DNA of 64,000 nt, from the IMG/VR virus record IMGVR_UViG_3300021431_000093, positions 1 through 64,000 of that record. One strand, given 5' to 3'. A program made the position numbers and the translations under genes. The DNA is from a virus (Duplodnaviria; Caudoviricetes). This document shows positions 28,943-43,033 of this stretch, one piece after another. The first letter of the stretch is position 1. The number at the start of each line of letters is the position of its first letter. The notes beneath the pieces were generated by a model. It did not search any database. It was not told where the DNA came from and saw only the letters and a program-made list of their open reading frames with translations.

Positions 28943-31900
28943 TAGTAACTCCCATTCCTCATATCCTTAACAATTTCCATAACAGAATTTTGTAAATCTA
29001 TTTGAGCAATAGTCATCTTATTTGCTATATTATTCTTATCCCACATTGAATAAGCATTTTTGAAATCAACTGTATCCATAGCAATTGAATTATCTAATGT
29101 GTATGGATAATAAGGTTTGATAGATGGTTGATCAGAACCTTTAATGATAGCAGATATTCTTGCATTTAATTTATCTAATGAAGTATCATCTCCATCAGCA
29201 AAAATATCTATATCAGGATTAACTCCATCTATAACAACTAAATCATCAATATACAACGTTTCATTTTCTGATGTAGCTTTACCGACCCATTGAATACATA
29301 AATATAATTCAACAGTCGATGGAATACCTGAAACATATTTATTTGATGGAGCAATATAGTAAGAATTATTACCACTTAATTCCATTTCAGTAACAGCAAC
29401 AGTTGCACCACCTACTACAGTATAAGGAAGAGTGGTATTATAATCATATATACCTGGACTATTATAATCACTTGTACCAGAAGTTGATTTTGCTTCAAAT
29501 TTAACTTTAACTGGTATTTCAGATCCAGTTATATGAATAGGTATTAAATACTGTTTATTGTTTATATCTTCACAATAAAAAGGATATTTAATCCATGCTT
29601 CACTAGTATATGAGCTCATATCATTCGTAATCTTAAGTCCTCTTGAATATGAATTCTCAGCTTTTGTATATACAAAGAAATTAGTTAATTGAGATAAATT
29701 TGCAATATTACCTATTTTAACACAGTTAGATGAAGCCTGAATATAACAATTAGTCCTATTTTCAGCACTTATAGGAATATCAACGCCATTAATATTGAAT
29801 ATAACTCTTTGAGCACTTATTAAATTATCACCATTATCTTTTGTTATAACCAGCTGCTGTTCAATATCAGGACCAACATTTAAATCTAACCTTGATTTAA
29901 TCTCATAAAAGTTAGTTAAAGGAGGTAATGTAGTTGATGTACCATTAACTGTATAAATAATTGATCCATCACACATTGAGAATCCATCATCAATTAATTC
30001 TTGTGTATCTGAATCATATCCATATCTATTAAAAGCAAATTCTTTAATAGTTTGACCTTCCATTATTCTTGGCATGTATTGAGATGACCAACCTATAATT
30101 TTAATACTATCAGTTTCACCTAAAGTAATTATATTCATCTCAGTGATATAGAATGGAGTTGCAGCAAAATTAATATTCTTTTGCCAAGGTATTGCTGTTG
30201 AAACACCTGTATTAGATATTGATTCAATTGTTAATGTATTAGCAGGAATTGTTCATTGTGAACTATCTTCATCAGTTCTTTCCAATTTTGTACCTGCTCC
30301 AAGAATTATCATTTCATTTAATAATGAATTAGTATAAATAAAATATTCATTACTTCTTAAAATTCTTGTTTTTGTATTACCGTTAAATAATACATTATTA
30401 CCTTCAGCATCACTGTTAACTATTCAATAACACCAAATACCTGTACTATTTAATTTGGTAGTCATTAATTTACGTTTAGATATAGTTTGATTTGTACCTA
30501 AAGTCTTAAATGCCTCTCCAACATGTGATTCACCACTTATCTTATCAGTTCAATCCTTCTTTGTACCAACTGTTGCTGATAAATCAGTAGGAATTAAATC
30601 AAATGAACAGAATACTACATCACCAGGATAAAGTATTTCAGTACTTTGTACACCCTCCTGTGAATAAATTAAAATAATCTTTTCACTTGCCTTTAAAGTA
30701 TGATCAGTATTCGCTTTTATTGAATCAGTTTCTGAACCAACATATCTGTAATTTACGTATGTGGCATAAGTTGTATCTGAATAGTAATTAGGATAAATAA
30801 TTTGAATAGCTTCATTTTTATTTAAAGTATAATCAATATTGATTACACCTGACTCTATTGATTTAACATTTATATCTTTAGTTACAATGATATCACCAGC
30901 ATCCAAAAGAGTTTTACTTGTTGTAGTTGATAATGTAGCATCATCAAGTTTATTTGTTATAGTTACATTAGTATCAATACCACTAGTAAATGTAGTTGTT
31001 TTAATAATCTTATTAGTATTATTACCATCTAATTCATAAATAATAAATGAATCAGTCTTACCAGCTCTTAAGGTGTAACTTGCATCAGTTGTTAATGCAT
31101 ATGCTTTTGTACCTGACTCACTATCATCAGGTTGAATTATAAATGAATATTTATAATTATTACCATTTGATTTAAATCTGGTAGCTGACCTCTGTACTTC
31201 AGAAGTTTGTTCATGAGTAGCATCTTCATCTTCACTTGTAGTTAAAGGGATATATAATTCTGTTTTAATTGTTTCTTGATTCTTATATGTTGAACCTTCA
31301 AGTTGACCATAGTCATAATCAAATTCTTCATTAAAATCAAATAAACAAATTCTACCAGCAAGGATATTTTTAGTAACTAAATCTAAAAGTAAATCACCTG
31401 TTACGTCTGATTCAACTCCATTTGAATTCATTGCTTTTGTGTGATATTCAATAGGTAAAATATCAACTCTACGAATTCTTGAATCAGAAGCTATAATTAC
31501 ATCTTCAAGGTCTTCTACATCAAGTTTAACTCCAAACTCTAAATGTCTAGGATTAAATTTATCAGATAATTCTTTACGAATATTATCTAATATTTCATCC
31601 TTTTCTACTTCACTTACTTTATTGTAAGGAGTGATTAATATATTTAATGGAGCATAATTCTTAAAGCAATAAACATCAGTACTTGAAGGATCATTTCATG
31701 TATGAGAAATACACTTTACCTCTTCAATATCTGATTTAATTTCATCCCTTATAGCTTCTGAAATAGGAGTAAATGAATTATTATATGCAATCCAATAATA
31801 ATTAGAATTATAATCACTCATTGCAAATACTTTAAATCCATATAAAACTAAATCATATGGAGTCATTGCTTGAGTTAATATGGAGAAGTCATTTAAATTA

Positions 31901-33231
31901 ACATATTCCTGGCGTACATAATTGGCAATACCAGGAATAGTTGACATATTTACATATAATCCATTATCATCTGTTGTACAATAGTACATATCACCTGGAT
32001 TACCAGTACCATCTTCACTCATCTGTGTAATTTCAGCAAGAGTTGCTCCACCCAAGAAGTGTAAAGCACATTTTTGTGTACTTATTGTTTTAAATCTCTT
32101 GAAGTTATTTTCTATATCCCAAGATATTACTTGAGCTGCCTTGTTATAATCTGTACGTCTATCAGTTACATATACATTTGATACGAGAGGATTATCATTA
32201 TTATCAGTTAATGTATAAATTTTATTTTCATAATCTTTACATGTAACTAATGTATCAAATGTACCAACTACTCTCCTGAATGATTGATACATTTCATTAA
32301 TTGTCTCAGGATCTTTACCATTAACAATTGACCCAGCATTATATACTGTAAAATTCTCGGATGATCTCTCTACTCCATCACCTATATCAGTAAATGTTGA
32401 AGGGCTTAATATTTTAGTTAATGCGTTTGCACTTACATTACCTTGAATACCAGATGTTGCAATATACTGAATCTGTAAACCATCTCCAATTAAATTTGCA
32501 ATATCAGTAGGAAATTCAATATAAGGTAATAATCTAGTTGAATCATAATCAATCTTATAAACTCTTGATCCTAAAGGTTGAGTTAATAAATAATTATTAC
32601 GACTTCAGAAGCCTTCATAATCGTCAGTATTTATATTTCTAATATAAATACCATTCTGTGCAACCATTGTTTCAGGTAAATAAAGCCTGTTATTGTCATC
32701 TAAATTTTCAAGTGAAATTGTAGATGTATCATTAATAGATAATGTTTGTAAAGTACCTTCAATAAATCTACAAGATGAAGGAATACCTGAACCAGAAATT
32801 GCTAAATCTTCAATTTGTGTATATGATACAGTTTCATCTGCATCTGAAATAACAAAAGTGAAGGCAGGTATTGAGAATAAATCGTCATTCTCATCTCCTT
32901 CAGGTTTATTATAAACAAATGTTACTTCTCCATTCGCTGAAATATAGTATTGAGGAGTATATCCATTCATCTCAGTAATATTTCTTACTGATCTGTCTTG
33001 AGTAGCCGATGGTAAGAAGTTTTCAAGAACATTCTTATCAATATTATAATTATTATGATCAGCTACGAATGCTCCTTCCTTGATAAGGACTACACCTGGA
33101 TCAGATTCATTTGATTGTGAAGGATCCCATTTATTTGTAAGTTCTTTAGCAAGGTCAAGCATTTCAGGATATATTGATCCAAAATCCTTACTTGTATAAC
33201 TTAACGAGCTTATCTCTTTATTAACACTCAT
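28942..33231 (-). CDS. large baseplate wedge protein, T4 gp6/P2 gpJ-like (1429 aa, TGA=Trp)
   Basis: Four track ORFs lie in one frame separated only by TGA; YTSKDF...SDPGVVL...FLPSATQ...GY.P, GKDPET and LVTCKDY motifs. Confidence 0.85.
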
Positions 33232-33258
33232 AAAATTTTACCTCTTATATATATTATA

Positions 33259-33630
33259 CTACGCTTCAGCTTCCAACAAAACAATGTTATACATATCAGT
33301 ACTGAAATCAGCTTTATTCAATGCTTTAATTTTAGCAGTAACCTGTCCTTTATTACTCCTAAATAACTGAATATCTTTTCTATCAACTCTTATTTGTGGC
33401 ATAAATAATGTAATAGCTGTATAAATATCATCAATTAAAATATCTATTAAAACGACATCATTCTGATCATATAAATATTTTTTAATACCCGTACCAAAAT
33501 AAGGATCACCAAATAATTCACCTTTTTCTGATCATAGTAACATTTTTAAATTTTGTAATGTTGCATCGTAATCACTAACAGTATTAGTTACTGTACGAGT
33601 AAACATCTCTGGAAATTTAATACTTTTCAT
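33259..33630 (-). CDS. baseplate wedge protein, T4 gp25-like (TGA=Trp)
   Basis: QNLKMLL[W]SEKGELFGDPYFGTGI...FMPQI. Confidence 0.85.
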
Positions 33631-33633
33631 ATA

Positions 33634-34587
33634 TTACTCTCAATTCATAACTCAACCTTCATTTTTTTGACCAGCTCAAGGAGCTACAGCTCCATCCTGC
33701 TCACCATAACTACGAGTATATGATTTTGTTTCAACTCAATCACTTCACCTTCCTGAGCCGTCAGGATTAAATAAATATATTCGTTCATATGTCCTTGTAA
33801 TCAAAGGTAATCATCACCCATCTTCTTTTTTATCAGCGCCATTTGTATATACTGAAGGTAATATAGGATTATCTTGAGATCCTGTATTATATACATCTCC
33901 TGCTCCTTCAGGTTGTCTTCCGCATTCAGTTTCAGGTATCGTTCCAGCCTCAGGATACCATCCTGAAGGTGTACCACCATCCTCTTGACCACTATCATCT
34001 CCTCCACCACCACCGGAATCAGGTCCCGAATCACCTCCACCTCCTCCTGAAGGGCTTCCATTCATATATCTTAATACATACACAGTTCCACTACCACCTC
34101 ATTCATATGATAATGAATTTCTATGATAAAAATAATAACTTGTTGATCTATATGAACCACTTGATCCTGGTCTATATGTTGGTCTAGTTAAATTTCAACC
34201 ATTTCATTGTCAATCATTATTACGTACATTACTTCAAAATGATTGATCGCCGCGATATGTCATACCAGGAGATGGTACTTCACAATCTTCATCTAAATAT
34301 AATCTACTCATATATCCACTTCCGGATACTGTACCATCATTATTAACAAAACAAACGTGGTGTTGAGCTTTACTTACAACTACATCTCCATATTTAATAG
34401 GAGCACTTCCACCAGACCCTGTATATACAACTTGTCATCCTCTATTTAATCTATCAGGTCAATCTTCAGCATTACCATTTGCAGGAGACGGTAAGCCTTC
34501 CTCCTCACATCTTACTCATACATATGTAGTACAATTAGGTAATCCACCAGCAACACTATAATATCTACTATTGTTTCAAATACCCAT
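33634..34587 (-). CDS. virion-associated CHAP peptidoglycan hydrolase (317 aa, TGA=Trp)
   Basis: LPNCTTYV[W]VRC...GNAED[W]...GDVVV...HHVCFV; Gly-rich linker; about 15 TGA. Confidence 0.8.
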
Positions 34588-34590
34588 AAA

Positions 34591-35100
34591 CTAATCCTCT
34601 CATTGAGTGTATGAATAACTTCCTTCTCATGTATATTTTTTCTGTCTTCATCCTACAAAAAATTCTAAATCTTTTTTAAAATCAAAATCTATTGCTGGTA
34701 TATAACTAAATATGCCTTCATCATCATACTTTATATATTCATGGGGAAGTTCTTCATCTTCATTATCAATTAATCATCAATATTCTTTATCATTAATTTT
34801 ATGTCCACAATGTGATTTATATGCCGCATTTGATCCAAATATAGTTGCAGCTTGAGTTGCTGTATAATCATTTGAGACGGTTGGTTTTAATAATGTATAT
34901 ACTTTATCAGCATCTAATGGATTAGGAGTACCTCATACATATTGAGTTATATTATTTCCCGTATCAGAACTGCTTACTGGATTATGATAAGTTATTTCAT
35001 ATAACCCTCAAGATAACTCATTAGCTTTCCTAACTTGTTTTATATCTATATTTTTAAATTTAATTCTTAAAACCGGTTTAATAGATGTTTTAATAGGCAT
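34591..35100 (-). CDS. hypothetical tail/baseplate protein (169 aa, TGA=Trp)
   Basis: AAGGAG SD; frame is open only under code 4; fills the gap between neighbours exactly. Confidence 0.7.
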
Positions 35101-35122
35101 AAATCTCCTTAAACTACTTAAA

Positions 35123-35770
35123 TTAATTATTAGAATCTAATTCACCTGATTTTGTATTTGGTACTGATGTTAAGAAAAATAATGTATTAATAAAATCTTC
35201 TTTACTCATTTCATATTTATTTTCATCATTAAATACGCCATCGGTAAAAAATGCATCATACTCATCTCCAGTCATTATTTGAATATGATCAGCATAGACC
35301 TCCGTAACTTCCTGAGTAGATTCATCTTTACGCTCTGTAGGATATCATTGTACATACTGCTTTAAATCTTCAGGGTTTATTGATCCATTACCACCGCCCT
35401 CTTTCATATCAACACCTTGATAAAGGTTAAAAATATCTTGGGTAGTATAATTTCCTATTTTTGTATCTTGAGGAAGTATAACATTACCGGTAACCTCAAG
35501 TTGATCAAATTTACCAAATACGTTTTCAGATTCAGGTATTTCTGTAAATAATTTACCTAAGATGATAGCTGTATCATATTTATCATCTTCATATGTTACT
35601 ATAACACAATCACCTACATTAATACCTTTATAAATGCCTGGAGAATGAGAAAGAATTGCTTCAAATTCTGCCTCTGTCTCGGTATTATCTTCCATTAATG
35701 GTACACGTACTCGATATATATTTGAATCTTCGCTAGGAATTTCAGTTATATATGCTTTAGTAGTAATCAT
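35123..35770 (-). CDS. baseplate central spike, gp5/gpV-like (TGA=Trp)
   Basis: YRVRVP...VGDCVIVTYED...IILGKL OB-fold motif. Confidence 0.75.
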
Positions 35771-37059
35771 TAAATTATTTCCTCCGCTCCAGCAACTCTT
35801 AATAATTTTAATGTAGTCTTATATCCATCACCAACACTAATGTTATCTTCCTGTGATGTTATAAGATAATAACCTGATGATATATGTAATTTACCAAAAT
35901 ATCATATATTAATCTTAACATACTGCATAAGTATGGCAGGTTTTAATAAACCTCTTAATGTTATACTTGCTTCAATAGGATATTCAGTTACTTTTGTTCA
36001 CCAGGTTGAATCAGCTTGAGTCATTTCATAATGACCATTTGATAACTGAGGTGAATACACTTTTTCTATTTTACCTTCAGTATCAATTCTTGTTAAATAA
36101 TCACTGTTTCCTAAATCTCTATTATATTTATAAAATAAAGATCAGTTCTGATTGTTTGCTATTGAAAAATCAGTTACAACATTTGCTGATGGATAACCTA
36201 TATCTATATTGTATGTACATAATTGATTCAATGAACTTGATGCTCTTTGAACTTTTTGAACTTTAAAATAAGGTCCTCCATATTGATTTTGTACATCTTC
36301 ATATGTCATTAAAGAATATACATTCTGTTTAATTGCTGAACTATTAGTACTTCCTGTAGGATTCATATATGAAACAAGGAAAGCAATATATTCAAGTACT
36401 GACATATTAGTACAAGTTGGAATCTTAACTATTTTATCATCACTTGCTATAAAGTTACTCATTTCAATCAGTGATCTATCTCTCATTCCTTTGAATACAT
36501 CAGTAAGATGATATTTTGAATTCCAAAGTACTTGTTTTATCTTATCACTTGGTTTAGCAGTTACTGATGGAAATGTATAAGTTCCACTTAATGACAAGGA
36601 TGAAGTAGATACAGCTTCAATAGTATATGTAATTGATGAACCTGTTATATCAAAACTATTTGATATTTTTGTTATAATTGCCTCTTCATCCCTATATACA
36701 TAATTAGGTAACATTGCATCACCATAAGTGAATGTAATTCTAAAAGTATCAGATACTGAACTGAAAATTTTCTCAAAGAAATTTGGATCATTATCCTCGT
36801 TTATTTGATATTTAATAGTTAATCAATATTGATTAACTGTACCATTTATCTTTTTTACTTTTAAACTTTGAACGTAATTAGGATACTTCGCTGCCAATTC
36901 AGTTACAACACCATTTCTTTGATCAGCTTTAATTCCTTTACGCTCAAATACACCAAAAGAATAGTTCCCTATTTGTACACGAACAAAAGGAGCTTCTACC
37001 CTATTAGTTGAAGCCAATAATGATCCTACTCTATTTGATTCTCGTGTAATTTCTGCCAT
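35770..37059 (-). CDS. baseplate hub protein, gp27/gpD-like (TGA=Trp)
   Basis: Joined ORFs; C-terminal ASITLRG...SSGYYLITSQEDNI...YKTTLKLLR. Confidence 0.75.
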
Positions 37060-37060
37060 A

Positions 37061-37378
37061 TTATAAATACCTTATTCCTGATAATGATGGAATATTTAAA
37101 AAATTATAATTTTCATATAAATTAATATATGGATCTTGAATTCTATTAAAATCTGCTATGACTCAAAATAAATCTGGTCTACCATAATACTTTAATGCTA
37201 AAGAATCCAATGTATCTGTATCTTTAATCATATGTATAACATACTCTGTATTTGTATTTAAATTACCTGTTATACCATAAATATACTTTTTATCAACGGT
37301 GTGATAATAAAAAGGAAACGTAGCATAACGTGATGTATAATCATAAAATTTCTTTGATTTATTTACAAGTACGTCCAT
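37061..37378 (-). CDS. LysM / gp53-like baseplate protein (TGA=Trp)
   Basis: DTLDSLALKYYGRPDLF[W]VIADFNRIQDP. Confidence 0.85.
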
Positions 37379-38127
37379 TACTCAACTCCTGTGTGAGGTG
37401 GTACTCACTTCTTGGTGGTTGTAGATGTTCTAGCATTCTTCTTAGGACCAAATGATACAGTCTTCTTAACAGTTTCAGTCTTACTTGTTCCAGCAGTAGA
37501 TTTTGTATCCTTAACAATACTTACTGTTGGTGAATTATCAGTATCTTTATAAATACCATTTTTAAATGTTCTTGTTAATCCTCTAAATGATCCTGCCTCT
37601 ACAACATAATCAGCATCATAAGGTTCAACTTCAGATACATTAAATGTAACATCTATTACAGCATATTTACCACCAACTAATATTGGCTTCTTATATGTTA
37701 CAACAACAGCTGAATTTACAACACCTTTAATAAATATATCATTTTCAAATCTTATTGCAATCATAGGAGGTATTACAGTTTTTGCTCCAGATGAATATTC
37801 ATTATATTTAGGTAATGCCATTGCTTGTAAGTACTTAATTAAAGTATCAATGTAATCATCACCTGTAAAATCCACTACGTTATCTTTAAGGTTACTTACG
37901 TTCCTGTTTATATCATTTAATAAATCTCTATGAAATTCAAAATTTACAGAAACTTGTCTTGGTCCTGAATTTTGATATGAAAATACAGGAGCAGTTCTTG
38001 CTAAAGCATTAGTTGATGAGAAATTAGCTGCCATTGAATCAGATATAGATTCAGGACAATCAGGTAAAACACAGAATTTCTGCAAATGATAAAAGTAAAT
38101 ATAATTATTTATTTGATTTCAAATCAT
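37378..38127 (-). CDS. tail tube initiator-like baseplate protein (TGA=Trp)
   Basis: PESISDS...RTAPVFSYQNSGPRQVSVNF...PPMIAIRF. Confidence 0.7.
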
Positions 38128-39320
38128 TATAATAACCTCATCAATGTTTCAACATCCCTATCAACATAATCAAGTACATCTTGATATATATCAATAAATC
38201 TTTTAACAGGTTTATCTTCTTCAACAGTTGACTCAGATAAATCAGTTTTTATAATAGTGTTACCATATTTTAAATTATTACCTTTTGTGATATCAGGTAT
38301 TAATAATAAACTATGAATTTTATTCTGTAATTGATTATCTCAAATACCATAGTAACCTTTTATATCACCACCATAAACTGCATCTTGGATTCTTCCTACA
38401 TTCTTCTGGAATTTATCCATAGGTGTAATAGCATTTTCAAGTAAATATTCTACCAGCCTATCAGCAAAAGGATAACTATTTTCAAGATTAGCATTTAATA
38501 ATGAACATTTACTGTCATATATAACTAAATCATTTTTAGCAGAATCATCATATATGAAGTTACTTATTTGAGTGCCATCTATAACATTTGTTCAAGATGT
38601 ATAATTACCTTCAAGAATAACTATTGAAGATTTAACTTCTGAAGGAATTTTCAATAACATTACAAGATTCTTTTCTTTTTGCCAGCAATCTTTAGCACAA
38701 CTAAAATTGGTTGAATATAAGAATGGTTTACTGAATTTAGAACCACTAATAACTCTATATGATTCTTTAACTAAACTTGAAGGAATTCCTTCAACAAATA
38801 TATTACTATATAATAATGTAACTAATTCTCATTTGATATCTGAATCAATTGCGATAGTATAATTTTGATTAAATCTAATTGGTACTACATAATAATTAAA
38901 GTTAGTATTGTCAGTATCAATTTCAAATGTAAAACTATCACTTAACTTTTGAGTATAATAAATTCTTGATGGTCTTTTCTTACCAAAGCAATTATACATA
39001 CTCATTAAATCAACATGATGATAATCTCTTATAAACCTAAGGTAATCACCTAAATATTCATGAGTGTAGTTATCATAAATAGCTGAATTCATATTTAATC
39101 TTTTTGTTACATTTACTAATTGAGTATTATAAATATAATCAGCAAGAAATTTAAACTCAGATCCTGTTCATTTAACTATCTCATTGTCTTTTATATAAGC
39201 TCTATTTTCATATAGTACTGTATTATCAGTATATACAGGAATCATTGGTAAATTAAAACTATGTAATAATTCCTTTATATGACCAATTACAATATTATTA
39301 TCTTCAAAATTATATTTCAT
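38127..39320 (-). CDS. hypothetical tail/baseplate protein (397 aa, TGA=Trp)
   Basis: open under code 4; start/stop coupled with both neighbours. Confidence 0.7.
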
Positions 39321-41164
39321 TAGAATGATGCTCCTCTAATTACTCCTGATCAACTTGATGAAGTTGAATTTCCTGATAAATTGCTTACAGAAGTGTCTAT
39401 CGATTCAAGTCTTTCAGTCAATAAATCTAAAATGGCAACAACAGTATCAGTAATTGTAACAACATTTTCCTCTAGTGTAGGACCTTCATCAGCTTCAATT
39501 GTAGTTACACTGCTTGTTAATTCATTTAATGAACTTTGTGAACCTGAAAGGATATCCTTTAAACCGCCAGTTGATATGTACATACTACCAGACACACCAG
39601 CATCAGAAATTCTAATATCTCCACCCCTCATTGATCCTGAACTTAAAGCATTAAACATTGCTTCAGCACCTGACACCTTTGATGAATTTATTATATCACT
39701 TATAGTTCCACCTTCACCAAATAAACTAGTTATAATAGGTATTAATGAAGCATTTGTTGCAGCTATACCAAGTAATTGCATTGCAGTTCCAGCAGCTTTA
39801 CCTAATAAACCACCGTTTGATAGTGTATCACCAATATCATGTAATATATTACCTATGCCAGACTTTGAAATTAAATTAGTTATTTCATAAGTCATTAATT
39901 GAGTTTGATTATTTGCTATATTTGTACCAAATGATCACATTAAATTAGCCATACGATTCTGTAATCCTGTACCGAATGACATAAATCCATCGTAATCTCT
40001 TAATAAAGTACCTATATCAGATGAAACACCACCTTGAGTTGATCTCATATTATTTGCAGCAATTATATCAGTAATATTTACTCCAAATAAATTACCTAAC
40101 TGGGACCTTACAACATTACTTTGATTAGCACCCATTTCTTGCATATAGGATGTAATACTTGCTAATAATTTATCAGTTGTATTTGCATCAAGACCATTAT
40201 TTAATAACGCTCCATAATCTAATCCTGCTCTTGCAGCTCCCATAAGAACCAAGTTAGATATTCCACTTCCTAAATTTGAAATATCTCCTGACCCTAAAGC
40301 ATTTAATGCAGATGCTAAACTATTAACTGTACTAGCATTCATACCTGCACTATACATAGAACCTAATCATGTTTGTACAGTACCTTCAAAATCAACTGCT
40401 TGTCTAGCATTCATTGTTGATTGAGCTGTAAGTAAAGAATCAGATACAGAATCAAATGCTGCCTTAATATATTCAGATGTTTGATAGTTTTGATTTAAAA
40501 ATCTCTGTAAACTATATTCTATCGCCATTCTATTTGACGATAAATCTCTATTTTGTAACCTAATTAATTGTGTTAATGATCCATCTTGAGCATTAAACAC
40601 CATATCAATATCTTGTGCTAATGTTTGTAAAAATGCTCTTTGTTCAACATTATAAGTAATACCTGATTTTACTAAATTACCTAAATTATCAAATACACGT
40701 TCTTGTCTTACAATATTACTTGTACTTAATGTATTTTGGAATCTATCTAAAACAGAAGTCAAAGATGTTTGTGAACCTGATAAATGAGCATTAAGTGAAG
40801 TTTGAGCTTCAAGATATTTATTAAGTGATTTATCTATCTCAGCTGTTAATCCACCAGTAATATTTCCTAATGTTTTTGTAGTTTTGTCAAGTGTACCAAA
40901 TGCATCTTCATAGGCAGCCTTAACTACTTTACCTTCATTTTTATAATCTTCTACACGCTTCTTATGAGCATCTTCTTCAAGCTCTTTCATGAGCTGATAT
41001 TTAGATTTAACAGACTCACGATCTAGTTCACGTGTATATTCATTTATTTTTTGAATCTCTTTTTTAGTAAGGTCTGTTTTTGTATGCAACTCTTGAATAG
41101 TTTCACGTGCAGCTGCGTTCCTATTACTTTGAGCATCTAAACTTGAACTTCTATTTTCAGCCAT
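39320..41164 (-). CDS. tape measure protein (614 aa, TGA=Trp)
   Basis: Three in-frame track ORFs joined by TGA; helical, Ala/Gly/Ser-rich; follows the tube and chaperone genes. Confidence 0.75.
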
Positions 41165-41382
41165 TAGCTTATCCTCTTCTTATTCTCTTCCAATAATTCC
41201 TTGGCACGATTAGCATCATCAACAATAAATTCTATTAGATAATCCCTTTCCCTAGGAGTTATCTTCAGTATATCAGTATAAGGTGTATTACAATTTTTAG
41301 ATATTGAATAACATTCCCTTACAATTTCTTTGAATCTATGTGGACCATATGGTTCACCATCATCATTAAATTGTGGGTCCAA
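41164..41382 (-). CDS. tail assembly chaperone, gp51-like
   Basis: YTDILKITPRERDYLIEFI; located between the gp26-like gene and the tape measure. Confidence 0.65.
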   Translation of the reverse strand: MDPQFNDDGEPYGPHRFKEIVRECYSISKNCNTPYTDILKITPRERDYLIEFIVDDANRAKELLEENKKRIS

Positions 41383-42109
41383 AAAATTCGCTAGTGTAAC
41401 GAAAGGGAGTATCTACTTCACCTCCACACTTAGTGCATTTTAAATGTAAATTAGTATCAATTCCAATTGAAGAATTTAATTTAGTAGCAACCTGTGAAAT
41501 AATATTTGTATCTTTCATAGGTAATTTTTTAAGTGTTTCTTTAATCATAATAGGATCAATAGGTTCACCATCAACTGAATCAATTAAAGATTGTAATGTA
41601 AGTAAAATTGTAGGATCACCAGTCATATCAGGAAAATCCTCTCTCATTTTTTTAGCTTCTCTATTTATCCTGTCTAAATCTCTAGTAGTTTGAAATCTTA
41701 ACTTTACTTCATTACCTGTAACAGGTAATTTAACTGTCATTAATTCCTTAATACTGTCATCATATTTATTTATTTTCATATCATCAAGATCAACAGTTAT
41801 AATTTCAGAGTTACCACAATAAGGACATGTAAATCTTAAATTATAATCTGCGCCATATGTTACAACTCTTAATTTATGAAGTAAATAAGTATAATCACCT
41901 AAACATAAATCATATACAGGAATAGGAAATTTTTCATCTAAACATGATTCAATAATTTCTGACATTGCCTTGTAAGGATTATTTGAAGGTGCCAATCTTT
42001 TCATTTCATCTTCAACAGTCATTGACCTTAAAGTAAATGATGGATCAAATTTCTTTCCGTAAATTCTACCTTTGCTAGGTAATTCAAAATCCTCTTTAAT
42101 TGCTACCAT
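41366..42109 (-). CDS. baseplate hub assembly protein, T4 gp26-like
   Basis: LPSKGRIY...RSMTVEDE...DYTYLLHKLRVVTYG...CPYC...CTKC. Confidence 0.8.
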   Translation of the reverse strand: MVAIKEDFELPSKGRIYGKKFDPSFTLRSMTVEDEMKRLAPSNNPYKAMSEIIESCLDEKFPIPVYDLCLGDYTYLLHKLRVVTYGADYNLRFTCPYCGNSEIITVDLDDMKINKYDDSIKELMTVKLPVTGNEVKLRFQTTRDLDRINREAKKMREDFPDMTGDPTILLTLQSLIDSVDGEPIDPIMIKETLKKLPMKDTNIISQVATKLNSSIGIDTNLHLKCTKCGGEVDTPFRYTSEFFGPTI

Positions 42110-42110
42110 A

Positions 42111-42344
42111 TTATCTTCCTCTCTGTCTTAATGCACGTAAAGTTTTACCTTCATCGTTTAAAATATAAATATTGATACCATTAGCCTCTATGGTTTCAAA
42201 ATCATCTTCTTTCTTACGATTTTTACGGTAAATATTACAAAAGCTGATACCATTATCATAAACACCTGTATCGACTTTATCAATTCCATCAATATAGGTT
42301 GTTTTAATAATATTATCAGCTAAAAAATCTTTCTGTATTATCAT
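42111..42344 (-). CDS. small hypothetical protein within the tail operon
   Basis: likely ATG 42344 after GAAAGGA; ends YILNDEGKTLR. Confidence 0.6.
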   Translation of the reverse strand: MIIQKDFLADNIIKTTYIDGIDKVDTGVYDNGISFCNIYRKNRKKEDDFETIEANGINIYILNDEGKTLRALRQRGR

Positions 42345-42365
42345 ATCTTTGTCTTCCTTTCTGTC

Positions 42366-42431
42366 TATTTCTATATTATAACAACACAAAGTTATTATAA
42401 TATAGAAATAATCAACCGAAGTTGATTATTG
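42366..42431 (-). terminator. cUUCGg hairpin after the tube gene, overlapped by a 20-bp hairpin
   Basis: AATAATCAAC-TTCG-GTTGATTATT (42407-42430) plus inverted repeat 42366-42385 / 42391-42410. Confidence 0.7.
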
Positions 42432-42438
42432 TCTTTCT

Positions 42439-43017
42439 TTAAAGTTGATCTGGTTTATGTGGAATGGCGCGATCGAACACAATTGTTCCGGTAAGTGTTT
42501 TCTTATCAGCATTGTTGTTATCCCATCCAGATTCCTGAATTTGACTTACCCAACAACCTTTAAGTTCCCAATAATTAACTAAAGTATTATCAGGTAAATA
42601 TTCAAGTACAACTGCATCTTTCTTATAAACATCAGATGATGGAATAGTATCATCAACAACATTGTAAGATAATGCTTGTCAAGCTCTTAATACTGATTTA
42701 CCATCAGCACCTGCAAAGTCATTAATAACTAATGAACCAGTGCCAAAACTTGCCTTACCAGCAAAATGAACTGTACTATTACCACGGTTAACATCTATAA
42801 CATTCTGTTGGAAATCTGGTACTGAGAAACTTACAACGGAGAAATCAATTACTTCCTGACCATTTGTAATATAGTCATCTCTATCATTTGCATCACCAGC
42901 AACTCTTAATAAACTATCCAAGCCTGAAACCAAGAACCTAAAGTTATTTGTTCTTATTGGTTGATAAGACTTAGGATTATCTGCAAGGTGGTATGTTCCA
43001 AAATTTGTAGTAGCCAT
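42439..43017 (-). CDS. tail tube protein, T4 gp19-like (TGA=Trp)
   Basis: PIRTNNFRF...FAGK...LRA[W]Q...YKKDA...WELKGCWV. Confidence 0.9.
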
Positions 43018-43033
43018 CTATATCATTCCTCCA

